A program made the position numbers and the translations under genes. From an uncultured Gammaproteobacteria bacterium (GTDB lineage Bacteria; Patescibacteriota; Microgenomatia; 0-14-0-10-38-17): 64,000 nucleotides of DNA. Of the stretch, positions 10,113-18,795 are shown piece by piece. Every line of letters starts with the position of its first letter. The stretch's first letter is position 1. The notes under the pieces were generated by a model. The model was not told the origin of the DNA. It did no database searches and saw nothing but the letters and a program-made list of their open reading frames with translations. Location: assembly GCA_964348895.1 (NCBI GenBank), contig CAYGEH010000001.1:453586-517585 (forward strand). The letters run 5' to 3'.

Positions 10113-11133
10113 GTCGGTTTTTAAAGGAAGCCTTTTTTTGTTTGGGGCGATTGTGGGCATTGGCATTTTTGCCATACCGCTCAGTGTTTATCGGATTGGT
10201 TTAGCTAAAGGACTTTTTGTTCTTTGTTTGGCTGGGATAATAAGCTGGCTGCTTAATATGGCTTATGCCCGGTTAATTTTGTTACAAAGAGAGAACTGTC
10301 AACTTGGAAGATATGGTCAAAAATATTGGGGAGCTCCAGGGTGGGTTTTGGGAAGCTTAGTGGTGCTGGTAAACATCAATGGAGCTTTATTGGCTTATCT
10401 AATTGGAGCGGGAGATTTTTTGCATTTTCTCTTTCCACAACTTAGCTCTTTTAAGTGGGGATTAGTGTTTTTATTCTTGGTTCTGCCGGTGGTTATTTTG
10501 GGACTAAGGTCAATTGTTAAAGTTAATGCTCTTGTTGTTTGGGCATTAGTTCTTTTGCTTGTTGTTTTTTTGGGCTGGGGAATGACCAGGATTAATCCTG
10601 GTCATTTTTGGTTCTCCTCAGAAAATGACACTGTTCGAGCGTTTTCAGTGTTTTTCTTTTCTTATGCTGGATTTGCTGTAATTCCAGAACTAGCAGAAGT
10701 GATGGAGTTTAAAAGAAAACAGCTTTTTCAAGCAACAACAATAGGAAGCCTACTTCCAGGAGTTTTATATTTTTTGTTTGCGTTAATTGGAGTAGGGGTG
10801 TTTGGAGGGCAACTATCGGAAGAATTTATTTATGGGCTAGGAAAAATATCGCTATTTTGGTCACGATTAATGGGTTTAGTTGGGTTAATGGCAATTATTA
10901 CTTCTTTTTTCGCCTTCAGCTTTGCCTTGAAAGAATTTTGGCAAAGAGATTTCGGCCTCGACAGCTTAACATCTTTAGTGTTAACTTTTTTACCAGCAGG
11001 AATATTTTATTTGGGGGGCAATCGGGATTTTTTGGGAGTGATTAGCTTTACTGGTGGGGCCTCTTGTTTGTTAATGGCAACCTTAATTTTGTCTTGTTTT
11101 TTAAAAGAAAAAATTGGTAAAAAAAGGCGATAG
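10078..11133 (+). CDS. Amino-acid permease-like transporter (HAAAP/Trp-Tyr permease-like, ~11 TM)
   Basis: Polytopic membrane protein with the 'FLFGAIVGIGIFAIP' pattern typical of amino-acid permeases. The ORF track starts at 10021 inside ndk; the internal ATG at 10078 is the more likely start. It still overlaps the ndk 3' end in another frame. Confidence 0.45.
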   Translation: MRFIPKSLAKGKSVFKGSLFLFGAIVGIGIFAIPLSVYRIGLAKGLFVLCLAGIISWLLNMAYARLILLQRENCQLGRYGQKYWGAPGWVLGSLVVLVNINGALLAYLIGAGDFLHFLFPQLSSFKWGLVFLFLVLPVVILGLRSIVKVNALVVWALVLLLVVFLGWGMTRINPGHFWFSSENDTVRAFSVFFFSYAGFAVIPELAEVMEFKRKQLFQATTIGSLLPGVLYFLFALIGVGVFGGQLSEEFIYGLGKISLFWSRLMGLVGLMAIITSFFAFSFALKEFWQRDFGLDSLTSLVLTFLPAGIFYLGGNRDFLGVISFTGGASCLLMATLILSCFLKEKIGKKRR

Positions 11134-11209
11134 TTGAAAAATTATTGCAAATTTAAGCTCGGAATAACAAGGGTAATCTTTTAGATTAAAAAGACTTGAT
11201 TTGAATTTG

Positions 11210-11283
11210 TCGGAGAGCCGGGATTTGAACCCGGGACCTCTAGCTCCCGAAGCTAGCGCGCTAAGCCTCTGCGCCACTCTCCG
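11210..11283 (-). tRNA. tRNA-Pro (anticodon CGG)
   Basis: Manual cloverleaf: acceptor CGGAGAG/CTCTCCG, D-stem GCGC/GCGC, anticodon stem CTAGC/GCTAG with loop TTCGGGA, T-arm CCGGG-TTCAAAT-CCCGG, discriminator A. Confidence 0.85.
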
Positions 11284-11369
11284 TTTTTTTAATTTTTGTC
11301 ACAAAACATCTTGGCACACGGTTTATTTTAGCCCGAACTATGCTAAAATTCAAACTGTTAAAAATATTG

Positions 11370-11441
<72 letters not shown>

Positions 11442-11457
11442 CTTTACTTTAAAAAAA

Positions 11458-12762
11458 CTATTCCAGCGAGACAGAGTAGAGGTCTGGTGGTTGGTTTTTG
11501 TTTAATGAGGCTAAAATTAATAGTTGTCTTCCAGAAGGAAAAGGAAAAACATAATTGTTTACAAATGGGCCAGAATAAATGGCTGTTTGGTTATGTCCGT
11601 CGTATTCGATAGCCTCAATCGAAACGCTATCTTTGATTAAAAGAAGGTGTCGAGAAGTGGGGAGCCAATTAATTTTAATTTCTTGATTGTCTGAGATTAA
11701 AAAGTTTTTATCCTCCTTATTATTATAAACATACCAATATCCAGGTTTAAGCTGACGAGACTCTTTTTGTGTTGAGGCGCTGATAATCTCTCTGGTGATA
11801 AATCTTTCGGGTAAAAAAACCTCTTCCTTGGCCTGATAGAGAATCCTGGTTTCGTCAGGAGAAAAACTTAAGCTAATAGTTTTGTTGGCTAAGACATCTT
11901 GAAGTTTTTCTGGTAGTTTTTCGAAAGCCTGTTGAAATGACAATTCTTCTTGTTTTTGCCAATCAGCTAAAACTGCCATTGCCCGATCTTCTTTTTCTCC
12001 AATTAAAGGTGGAGTGGTAAAATCATAAGCCTGATTAGTGTCAAAAAGAAAATAGCTATTTGTTTTTTCAGTTTTAGGAACAATCATCATTATCTTTCTA
12101 GAATCTGGAGACCAGCGGACAACAGCTTTTTCAAAGTCAAAACCTGGTGTTAATTCAACCAAAACTCTGGGTTGAAAAGATCGGCTAAGAGGTCTTTCTG
12201 CTAAATTGATAAGCCACAATCCAGTTTTGGTTTCTGTTAATGTCGCTGTATTGGTGGTTTGATTTTCTTGATTTATTGGCAGGGGAGTGTTTTGCGTCTC
12301 CGCTTGTTTACTAGTGGAGTTGGTTAGTTGTTCTCGGGGGGGAACAAAGTAAACCAACCTAGTTCCATCAGGAGAAATTTGCGGTTGACTAGCACCAGTA
12401 AAACTCAGGGCCCTAAGGTCTGGGGCAATGGGAAATAGACGGACATTAATTTCAGTAACAACCTCTCTTTTTATTGTTATTTCTTTCCTCCAGCTGGTGA
12501 AACCAGGCTTCTTTATTTCTATTTGATAGTTATCTGGAGATAAAACCACTGTTTCGTTAGTGGCAGTTTTTAATTTGTCGTTAACCCAAACCTGAGCTCC
12601 CTCGGGGATTGAGGTTGTGGCCAAAAGGCCTGTTGGTTGAAAGATTTGGTTATTAATATCAAGACGATAGCCCCTGACAAAAAATCCAATTATGAAGGTT
12701 AGGGCGGTAATTAAAATTAGGCTTCCAAGAGTAATTAAGTTTCTTTTTTTCTCTCGGTTCAT
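11458..12762 (-). CDS. Membrane-anchored PEGA-domain / PD40 (TolB-like) beta-propeller repeat protein
   Basis: TM helix, then a PEGA-like segment ('IPEGAQVWVND...PGFTSWRKEITI') and several 'SPDGTRLVYF'/'WSPDSRKIMM'/'SPDETRILYQ' PD40-type repeats. I place the start at the internal ATG (12762) because the track start would overlap the mreB promoter and start. Confidence 0.5.
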   Translation of the reverse strand: MNREKKRNLITLGSLILITALTFIIGFFVRGYRLDINNQIFQPTGLLATTSIPEGAQVWVNDKLKTATNETVVLSPDNYQIEIKKPGFTSWRKEITIKREVVTEINVRLFPIAPDLRALSFTGASQPQISPDGTRLVYFVPPREQLTNSTSKQAETQNTPLPINQENQTTNTATLTETKTGLWLINLAERPLSRSFQPRVLVELTPGFDFEKAVVRWSPDSRKIMMIVPKTEKTNSYFLFDTNQAYDFTTPPLIGEKEDRAMAVLADWQKQEELSFQQAFEKLPEKLQDVLANKTISLSFSPDETRILYQAKEEVFLPERFITREIISASTQKESRQLKPGYWYVYNNKEDKNFLISDNQEIKINWLPTSRHLLLIKDSVSIEAIEYDGHNQTAIYSGPFVNNYVFPFPSGRQLLILASLNKNQPPDLYSVSLE

Positions 12763-12839
12763 ATTTAATATGATACCACACGAAAACAGGATTGTTTGCA
12801 GTGCTATAATTGGTTTAGAGGGATTTTTGAAACTTTTTA

Positions 12840-13874
12840 GTGAGCAAAAAAATATCAAACATTATCAAAAGACTATCGCCTCCACGGATAGGGATTGACC
12901 TTGGAACTGCCAACTCTTTGGTTTATTTAGAAGGAAGGGGAGTGGTTCTTAATGAGCCAACGGTCGTGGCTGTTGCCTTTGACGAAAACAGGGTGGTGGC
13001 AGTTGGCCAAAGGGCAAAAAAAATGCTCGGTCGGACCCCAGAAAATATTGTCGCTTCAAGACCGCTTAGAGAAGGGGTAATTGCCAATTATAGAATTACA
13101 GAAGCAATGATTCGTTATTTTATTCGCCAGGCGTTGGGTCCCCACCTCTTAAAACCAGAAGTAATGATTTGTATTCCGGCTGGAGCAACTCAAGTAGAAA
13201 GGAGGGCCGTTATGGAAGCCACTCTTCAGGCTGGGGCTAGGGTGGTTTATTTAATTGATGAACCCTTAGCTGCTGCCATTGGGGCCCAGATGCCAATTGC
13301 CGAAGCCTCTGGGAATATGATTGTTGACATTGGGGGAGGCTCAACAGAAATCGCCGTTATTGCTTTAGGAGGAGTAGTTGCCCATGATTCGCTTCGGGTG
13401 GGGGGGGATAAGATTGATGAAGCAATTATTTCTTTTTTAAGAAGAAACTATAATTTAATGATTGGCGACCAAACTGCCGAGGAAGTAAAATTTAATATCG
13501 GATCGGCAGTTAAGCTTAAAAAAGAAGTCAAGATGGAAATCAAGGGCAGAGACTCTCTGTTGGGACTACCTCGGTCAATTGAGCTTAACAGCACTCAAAT
13601 AAACGAAGCGATTAGTCCTGTTCTCGACCAGATAGTTGGAGCGGTTAAGGGTGTTTTGGAGGGAACTCCGCCAGAGCTAGTCCGAGACATTATCGACAAA
13701 GGAATTGTTTTATCTGGGGGAACAAGTCTGTTGAACAACCTGGATCGACTAATGACGGAAGAAATTGGCGTTCCGTGTTTTGTTGCCCCTGACCCCATCC
13801 TTTGTGTCGTTAAGGGAACAGGCGTTGCAATTGAAAATATTGATCTTTATAAGCGGGCAGTTAGAAGGCAGTAG
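12840..13874 (+). CDS. mreB: Rod-shape-determining actin homolog MreB (paralog 1, solitary)
   Basis: 'GIDLGTANSLVY', 'DIGGGSTEIAVI' and 'LSGGTSLL' actin-fold motifs. GTG start preceded by an extended -10 TGcTATAAT at 12802-12810. Confidence 0.85.
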   Translation: MSKKISNIIKRLSPPRIGIDLGTANSLVYLEGRGVVLNEPTVVAVAFDENRVVAVGQRAKKMLGRTPENIVASRPLREGVIANYRITEAMIRYFIRQALGPHLLKPEVMICIPAGATQVERRAVMEATLQAGARVVYLIDEPLAAAIGAQMPIAEASGNMIVDIGGGSTEIAVIALGGVVAHDSLRVGGDKIDEAIISFLRRNYNLMIGDQTAEEVKFNIGSAVKLKKEVKMEIKGRDSLLGLPRSIELNSTQINEAISPVLDQIVGAVKGVLEGTPPELVRDIIDKGIVLSGGTSLLNNLDRLMTEEIGVPCFVAPDPILCVVKGTGVAIENIDLYKRAVRRQ

Positions 13875-13921
13875 GAATACAGAGGTTTAGCCTTAAAAGA
13901 GAATATTTGATTTTTTAATCT

Positions 13922-14674
13922 ATGACAAAAATTGATGTTTTGGGGGTTAAATTTAACAAACAAAACAAAGAAGAGATTTTAGAAGAAATAGCTAGACTGG
14001 TAGGCAGGGGAGAAAGACACTATGTTGTTACGCCAAATCCAGAATTTGTTGTTTTGGCTCGGAAAGACAAACAGTTTCTTAAGATTTTAAACAACGCCAG
14101 TTTTTCGATTCCTGATGGCATTGGAATTGTTTTAGCTTCAAAGATTCTTTACGGACCAAGGGGTTTACGGGGAAGAATAACTGGCGTTGATTTAATGGTA
14201 GATATTTGTAGGTTAGCCGCCAAGAAAAACTGGTCTATTTTCTTGTTGGGAGCTGGTGATGGGGTGGCGGAAAAATGCGCCCTAAAGCTTAAAGAAAAAT
14301 ACGGAGTAAATATTTTGGGAACTTATTCTGGTTGGGCTGATTCGGCTGGAGATATAAAAACTAGGAGAACCATTAAGAATAAGGTTGGTCAAAAAAAATG
14401 TCAATTTATTTTTGTCGCTTATGGCGCTGGGAAACAAGAAAAGTGGATTAAGCGAAACTTGGAAAAAATTCCGGTTGAAATAGCCATGGGAGTGGGTGGG
14501 TCGTTTGACTTTCTAAGCGGTAAGATTAAGCGAGCCCCAGGAGTAGTTAGAAAAATAGGATTAGAATGGCTATGGCGTTTGATGAAAGAGCCTTGGCGAT
14601 GGCGGAGGCAGTTGACCTTACCAGAATTTACTTTTCTGGTTCTTAAAAAGAAGCTAAAAAAGAGAAACTGTTAA
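13922..14674 (+). CDS. WecB/TagA/CpsF-family glycosyltransferase
   Basis: Size (250 aa) and 'HYVVTPNPEFVV...IPDGIGIV' pattern match the WecG/TagA family. Confidence 0.7.
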   Translation: MTKIDVLGVKFNKQNKEEILEEIARLVGRGERHYVVTPNPEFVVLARKDKQFLKILNNASFSIPDGIGIVLASKILYGPRGLRGRITGVDLMVDICRLAAKKNWSIFLLGAGDGVAEKCALKLKEKYGVNILGTYSGWADSAGDIKTRRTIKNKVGQKKCQFIFVAYGAGKQEKWIKRNLEKIPVEIAMGVGGSFDFLSGKIKRAPGVVRKIGLEWLWRLMKEPWRWRRQLTLPEFTFLVLKKKLKKRNC

Positions 14675-14892
14675 TCTTTTTTATCCTGAATACCAAGAAG
14701 CCACAAAACTTGTTCTTTGCGATAGCGTCGATCTCCCCGAGAGTTAATTCTGATTGCTGGAAGCTTTCCTCTTTTCCCCCAACGCTTTATGGTTAATGGC
14801 GAAACTCTTAACAATTCAGCCACTTCTCTTACGGTTAACAGGTCAGGAAGACTATCGAGAGTTAGTTTTTTAGAGGCTTTTTCAATATTCAT
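14671..14892 (-). CDS. Excisionase-family helix-turn-helix DNA-binding protein (MerR-superfamily HTH_17-like)
   Basis: 'LLTVREVAELLRVSPLTIKRWGKRGKLPAIRIN...RRYRKEQV', about 73 aa from the internal ATG. The track's TTG start at 14907 is less likely. Confidence 0.55.
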   Translation of the reverse strand: MNIEKASKKLTLDSLPDLLTVREVAELLRVSPLTIKRWGKRGKLPAIRINSRGDRRYRKEQVLWLLGIQDKKD

Positions 14893-15279
14893 GGCACTAT
14901 AGGACAATAAATTATGTTTTCTAGCAGTAAATATATCAAAGTACTAATTATTTTGTCAAGGGAAAAAACATCTTTTTCTAAAAAATAGCCACAAAAGATA
15001 TTATTTGACATATTCTTTAATAAAAAGGTAAGGTTTTAAGAACTAGGTCAGTTTTTAGTGCCTAAAATTTAAATTAAAAAAAGAGAATAAAGTGATTATT
15101 TATTGATGATTTAATTAATAAGGGTTTTGGCGAGTGGTCACAATAAAAATCTTCTGGTTGACTTTAAGATTCTCTTGTGATAAAAATTAGTTTGCTTACC
15201 GAAGACAGCAGGAGCTTTTCTATTTTTAAGACTAACTTTCATTTTTTCAAAAAGGGGTCAAGAAAAGCTTAATTTCCCG

Positions 15280-15345
15280 CCGAGGTATATGTTTGTTATT
15301 GCGCTTAGTTATTAACAACACCTCGGAAAGAGGTGTTTTTTTTTT
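15280..15345 (+). promoter_or_regulatory. rplJ (L10) leader: intrinsic terminator hairpin with a competing upstream antiterminator pairing, i.e. an attenuator
   Basis: Terminator CACCUC-GGAAA-GAGGUG at 15319-15335 followed by a U10 run (15336-15345), 7 nt before the rplJ ATG. The upstream CCGAGGU (15280-15286) can pair with ACCUCGG (15320-15326), which excludes the terminator stem. Confidence 0.5.
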
Positions 15346-15351
15346 GAGACG

Positions 15352-15882
15352 ATGGTTAAACAAACAAAGCTTTACGAAGTTGACAATTTAAGGGCAAAGA
15401 TTAATGACTCGAAAGGGTTTTTTTTGGTGGGCTATCAAGGTTGGGACGCTAATTTATTTAATTTGTTGCGCCATACAGTTAGCCAAAAAGGCGGTCACTT
15501 AAAGGTGGTCAGAAACAATCTTTTTAGCAGGGCAATTAAAGATCTAACTGGTAGAGAAGAAAAAATAACTGGTCCAACCGCCTGCCTTTTCAGTCTGGTT
15601 GATGAGGTGACTCCCCTGTCTGTTCTGTGTAATTTCTTGAAAGAAAATAATCTTGATCCAGATCTAAAATTAGGTTTTTTAACAAAAACAGAACAACCCC
15701 TAGACAGCCAAGAAGCGTTTCGATTAGCCAAACTGCCTTCGGTAGACAACTTGAGGGCAATGTTAGTTGGGGGATTATCGGCAAACTTGAGCAAGCTAGT
15801 AATAACCCTTAACTCTCCGATTAGAAGTTTTACTTTGTTACTCAAAGTGTTACAAGAAAACAAGGGGGTGAATAAACAGTGA
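15352..15882 (+). CDS. rplJ: 50S ribosomal protein L10
   Basis: Typical L10 N-terminus ('KLYEVDNLRAKINDSKGFFLVGYQG'); 176 aa; immediately precedes rplL. Confidence 0.9.
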   Translation: MVKQTKLYEVDNLRAKINDSKGFFLVGYQGWDANLFNLLRHTVSQKGGHLKVVRNNLFSRAIKDLTGREEKITGPTACLFSLVDEVTPLSVLCNFLKENNLDPDLKLGFLTKTEQPLDSQEAFRLAKLPSVDNLRAMLVGGLSANLSKLVITLNSPIRSFTLLLKVLQENKGVNKQ

Positions 15883-16295
15883 CTGATGATAAGAAAAAAG
15901 ACCAAAAAACATCAAAGAAAGTTTCTTTGTTAATCGAAGAAATTGGTTCTCTTTCTGTTTTAGAGCTGGCAGACTTGGTTAGCGCCTTAGAAGAAAAATT
16001 TGGGGTTTCTGCCGCCGCTGCGATTACTCCGGTTGCCGCTGGGGCGACTGCGGTTAGCGAAGCTGGTGCGACAGAAGAAAAATCAACCTACACGGTGATT
16101 CTTCAAGAAATTGGCGGAAACAAGGTAGGGTTAATTAAGGCTGTTAGAGAAATCAATCAAAATTTGGGAATAAAAGAAGCCAAAGACTTAGTAGAAAGTG
16201 CTCCTGCCGAAATTTTAAAAGAGGTTAAGAAAGAAGAGGCAGAAGTGGCAGCCAAAAAGCTACAAGAAGCAGGAGGAAAGGTGGAGTTAAAGTAA
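15879..16295 (+). CDS. rplL: 50S ribosomal protein L7/L12
   Basis: 'LELADLVSALEEKFGVSAAAA', an Ala-rich hinge and the C-terminal 'GLIKAVREI...LGIKEAKDLVESAP' domain. GTG start overlapping the rplJ stop. Confidence 0.9.
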   Translation: MTDDKKKDQKTSKKVSLLIEEIGSLSVLELADLVSALEEKFGVSAAAAITPVAAGATAVSEAGATEEKSTYTVILQEIGGNKVGLIKAVREINQNLGIKEAKDLVESAPAEILKEVKKEEAEVAAKKLQEAGGKVELK

Positions 16296-16322
16296 GTTCA
16301 CAATCGTGATAGAATAAGGCCT

Positions 16323-16511
16323 ATGGTGGCAAGAGTTGTCAAATTTTTAATAGAAGCACAGGGTGAGCTCAAAAAAGTTGTTTGGCCAACCCAAAAAGAG
16401 ATTGTGAACTTAACCATTGTGGTGTTAGCCGTTTCTTTGGCTGTAGGCCTTTTCTTAACTGGAGCAGACTTTGTTTTTAGTTGGCTAATCAAGTTAATAA
16501 TTGATTATTAA
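16323..16511 (+). CDS. secE: Preprotein translocase subunit SecE
   Basis: 62 aa, with 'ELKKVVWPTQKEIVNLTIVVLAVSLAVGLFL' (single TM). Located upstream of nusG. Confidence 0.8.
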   Translation: MVARVVKFLIEAQGELKKVVWPTQKEIVNLTIVVLAVSLAVGLFLTGADFVFSWLIKLIIDY

Positions 16512-16521
16512 ATTTATTTTT

Positions 16522-17103
16522 ATGGTAGAGGAAAAGAAAAAAACTAAAAATCATTGGGTTATTAGCGAAGGCAATAATCCTGAAGCTAAATGGTATATTC
16601 TTCATACCTATTCTGGTCAAGAGTCTAGGGTGGCTAAGATTTTGCAACAACGAATCCAGTCTTTAAAATTAGAAGGCAGATTTTTCGAGATCTTAATACC
16701 AACAGAAGACAGAATGAAGATAAGAGCAGGGAAGCGCTTCACTAAAGAAGAAATGCTTTTTCCTGGTTATGTTTTTGTCAAAATGATTCTCGACGACAAC
16801 TCTTGGGCGGCCGCAAGGGGAAGCGAAGGGGTGACTGGATTTGTTGGTTCTGGCGATCAACCCACTGCGGTAGCGGAAAAAGAGATTAAGGCGATTGAAA
16901 ACTATTTAGCAACAGAAAAACCTAAATATACCGTTAAATTTTCGACTGGAGAGGCAGTTAAAATTGTTGATGGGCCGTTTACTGGCTTTTTGGGGACAAT
17001 TGACAACATAGACAAAGAGAGGGGGAAGTTACGAGTAATGGTTTCTGTTTTTGGAAGAGAAACCCCAGTAGAATTAGACTTTTTACAAGCAAAGAAAATA
17101 TAA
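16522..17103 (+). CDS. nusG: Transcription termination/antitermination factor NusG
   Basis: NGN domain 'WYILHTYSGQESRVAKIL' and C-terminal KOW 'GEAVKIVDGPFTGFLGTI'. I prefer the ATG at 16522 (just after the secE stop) over the track's TTG at 16501. Confidence 0.85.
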   Translation: MVEEKKKTKNHWVISEGNNPEAKWYILHTYSGQESRVAKILQQRIQSLKLEGRFFEILIPTEDRMKIRAGKRFTKEEMLFPGYVFVKMILDDNSWAAARGSEGVTGFVGSGDQPTAVAEKEIKAIENYLATEKPKYTVKFSTGEAVKIVDGPFTGFLGTIDNIDKERGKLRVMVSVFGRETPVELDFLQAKKI

Positions 17104-17125
17104 GCGAATTGAATGTTGAATAAAT

Positions 17126-17551
17126 ATGGCAAAAAAAATTGTTTCAAAAATTAAATTAAACTTACCAGCAGGAGAGGCGACACCAGCCCCTCCAGTTGGT
17201 CCGGTTTTGGGCCAACATGGAATTCCAATTATGGATTTTGTTAAGCAATATAATGCCGAAACGGCAGAAAAAAAAGGAAGCGTTATTCCAGTTGAAATTA
17301 CTGTTTATGAGGATCGTAGTTTTGACTTTATTACCAAACTACCGCCAGTGGCAGACCTTATCAAGAAAGCACTTAAGTTAGAAAAAGGGTCGGCAGAACC
17401 GGGACGTAATTCAGCGGGAAAGTTAACACAGGAACAAATATCCAATATCGCTAAAGAGAAAATGATTGACTTTAACACCAGCGATTTAGAGTCTGCCCGA
17501 AAAATTATTATAGGAGCAGCCAAGAGCATGGGAGTGGAGGTGGAAAAATAA
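17126..17551 (+). CDS. rplK: 50S ribosomal protein L11
   Basis: '[30 protein letters not shown]' is the diagnostic L11 N-terminus. Confidence 0.95.
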   Translation: MAKKIVSKIKLNLPAGEATPAPPVGPVLGQHGIPIMDFVKQYNAETAEKKGSVIPVEITVYEDRSFDFITKLPPVADLIKKALKLEKGSAEPGRNSAGKLTQEQISNIAKEKMIDFNTSDLESARKIIIGAAKSMGVEVEK

Positions 17552-18315
17552 TGGGAAGAAAAAAAACGATTGAGATTAGCAAGGATAGCGTGAAAACTAA
17601 AAGCAGGCTTCCTGAAACAAAAGAAGAACTAGTCTCGCCTAAAGAAAAAGAAAATCTGGAAAAGCCCGCTAAAGAAAAAAAGAAAGCTAGGGGGAAAAGT
17701 GAAAAAAAAGTGCTAAAAAAGTCAAAGAAAGGAGTAAACTACCTAAAGGCTCTAAAACAGATAGAAAAGAAAAAAATATATTCTCCAGAAGAAGCGATGT
17801 CTTTGTTAAAGAAGATAGCTTGGGCTAATTTCAATGAGGCGGTTGAGGCACACCTGGTGGTTAAGAGAGAGGGGATTTCGGTTAAGGTTAATTTTCCCCA
17901 TGATCAAGGCAAAAGAAAAACGATTGCCATCGCAGACAATAAAGAAACGATGGCCAAAATAGAAACAGGAAAAATTGATTTTGACATATTATTGGCAAGT
18001 CCCAAAATGATGCCCAAACTAATTCCCTATGCTCGTTTCTTGGGGCCTCGAGGATTAATGCCAAACCCCAAGGAGGGAACGGTTAGTGCCGACCCAGCTA
18101 AGAAAGCAAAAGAACTTCTTGCGGCAGGAGTTATAATTAAAACAGAGAAAAAAATACCCCTAATTCATGTTGTTTTTGGTAGGATTAGTCAAGAATCAGC
18201 TCAGCTAAAAGCAAATCTTGAGGCTGTTGTTAAAGCAGTTGGAAAACAAAACATTAAGAGCTTGGCTGTTTCTACCACCATGAGCCCTGGAATTAAAGTT
18301 GAAATTAGTGATTAG
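17551..18315 (+). CDS. rplA: 50S ribosomal protein L1 with a ~55-aa Lys/Glu-rich N-terminal extension
   Basis: Core 'FLGPRGLMPNPKEGTV' and the following sequence match L1. The N-terminal K/E-rich tail has no counterpart in model-organism L1. Confidence 0.9.
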   Translation: MGRKKTIEISKDSVKTKSRLPETKEELVSPKEKENLEKPAKEKKKARGKSEKKVLKKSKKGVNYLKALKQIEKKKIYSPEEAMSLLKKIAWANFNEAVEAHLVVKREGISVKVNFPHDQGKRKTIAIADNKETMAKIETGKIDFDILLASPKMMPKLIPYARFLGPRGLMPNPKEGTVSADPAKKAKELLAAGVIIKTEKKIPLIHVVFGRISQESAQLKANLEAVVKAVGKQNIKSLAVSTTMSPGIKVEISD

Positions 18316-18591
18316 ATTTTAATAAACACTTTTTTTGTCCGCTAGTGTCATTATAAAACCCCTTTCTTTGTATTCTTTCGAGAAAACAATGCGGTCTTTT
18401 GATTGAAACTATGATTTTGGTTTTCCTAATCTTTTCAGCCAAATTAAATCGCTGTTAAGATTTTATTTCTTGTTATTTTAAGTTGACTGGGAATTAAAAA
18501 GAATAGACCTGAAAGGTCAAAAAGACAAGAAATAAGATAATGAAAAAAACTGAAAGTATAGCTTAAGCTAGCCTAGATTTGATTGCTTTGG

Positions 18592-18625
18592 TTGACACAA
18601 CTGCTTAATTTTGCTACTATTATTT
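18592..18625 (+). promoter_or_regulatory. Sigma-70-like promoter (TTGACA-17 nt-TACTAT) driving the noncoding candidate downstream
   Basis: TTGACA at 18592-18597, a 17-nt spacer and TACTAT at 18615-18620. No ORF follows on this strand for about 900 nt. Confidence 0.4.
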
Positions 18626-18631
18626 TAGTCC

Positions 18632-18795
18632 TGCCATTGAGGGGTAAGACTGCACGAGAGTCTTCCTCACCAAGCAAAAGTGTACGGGATCCGAAAGTTT
18701 CTGGCCCTAAAAAGTCGGAATAGGAACCCACCTGGGCAAACCGGGGAACACTTCTGCAGCAACCTCAGGGGCGGGACTTTTGGTGCTTTTTGTCT
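18632..18795 (+). ncRNA. Candidate structured small RNA (~165 nt, unclassified)
   Basis: A GC-richer island in AT-rich intergenic DNA. It contains a clean hairpin GAGG-GUAAGACU-GCACGAG-AGUCUUCC-CUC (18651-18680). The 5' UGAGGGG can pair with the 3' CCUCAGGGG, closing a ~135-nt multi-stem domain. It has no coding potential. Possible identities are 4.5S/SRP, 6S or RNase P-related RNA; I could not verify any of these by eye. Confidence 0.3.

Noticed and set aside
10857-11045. 62-aa + strand ORF
   Set aside because: It is nested out of frame inside the permease gene, has no RBS, and its sequence is low-complexity.
18632-18795. Assigning the RNA candidate as RNase P RNA or ZTP/SRP element
   Set aside because: Partial string resemblances (AAAGUC...AUAGG; GGGU..GACUG..CG) exist. 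But 165 nt is far too short for RNase P, no expression platform or downstream gene fits a riboswitch, and the SRP domain IV consensus is not convincingly present. I left it unclassified.
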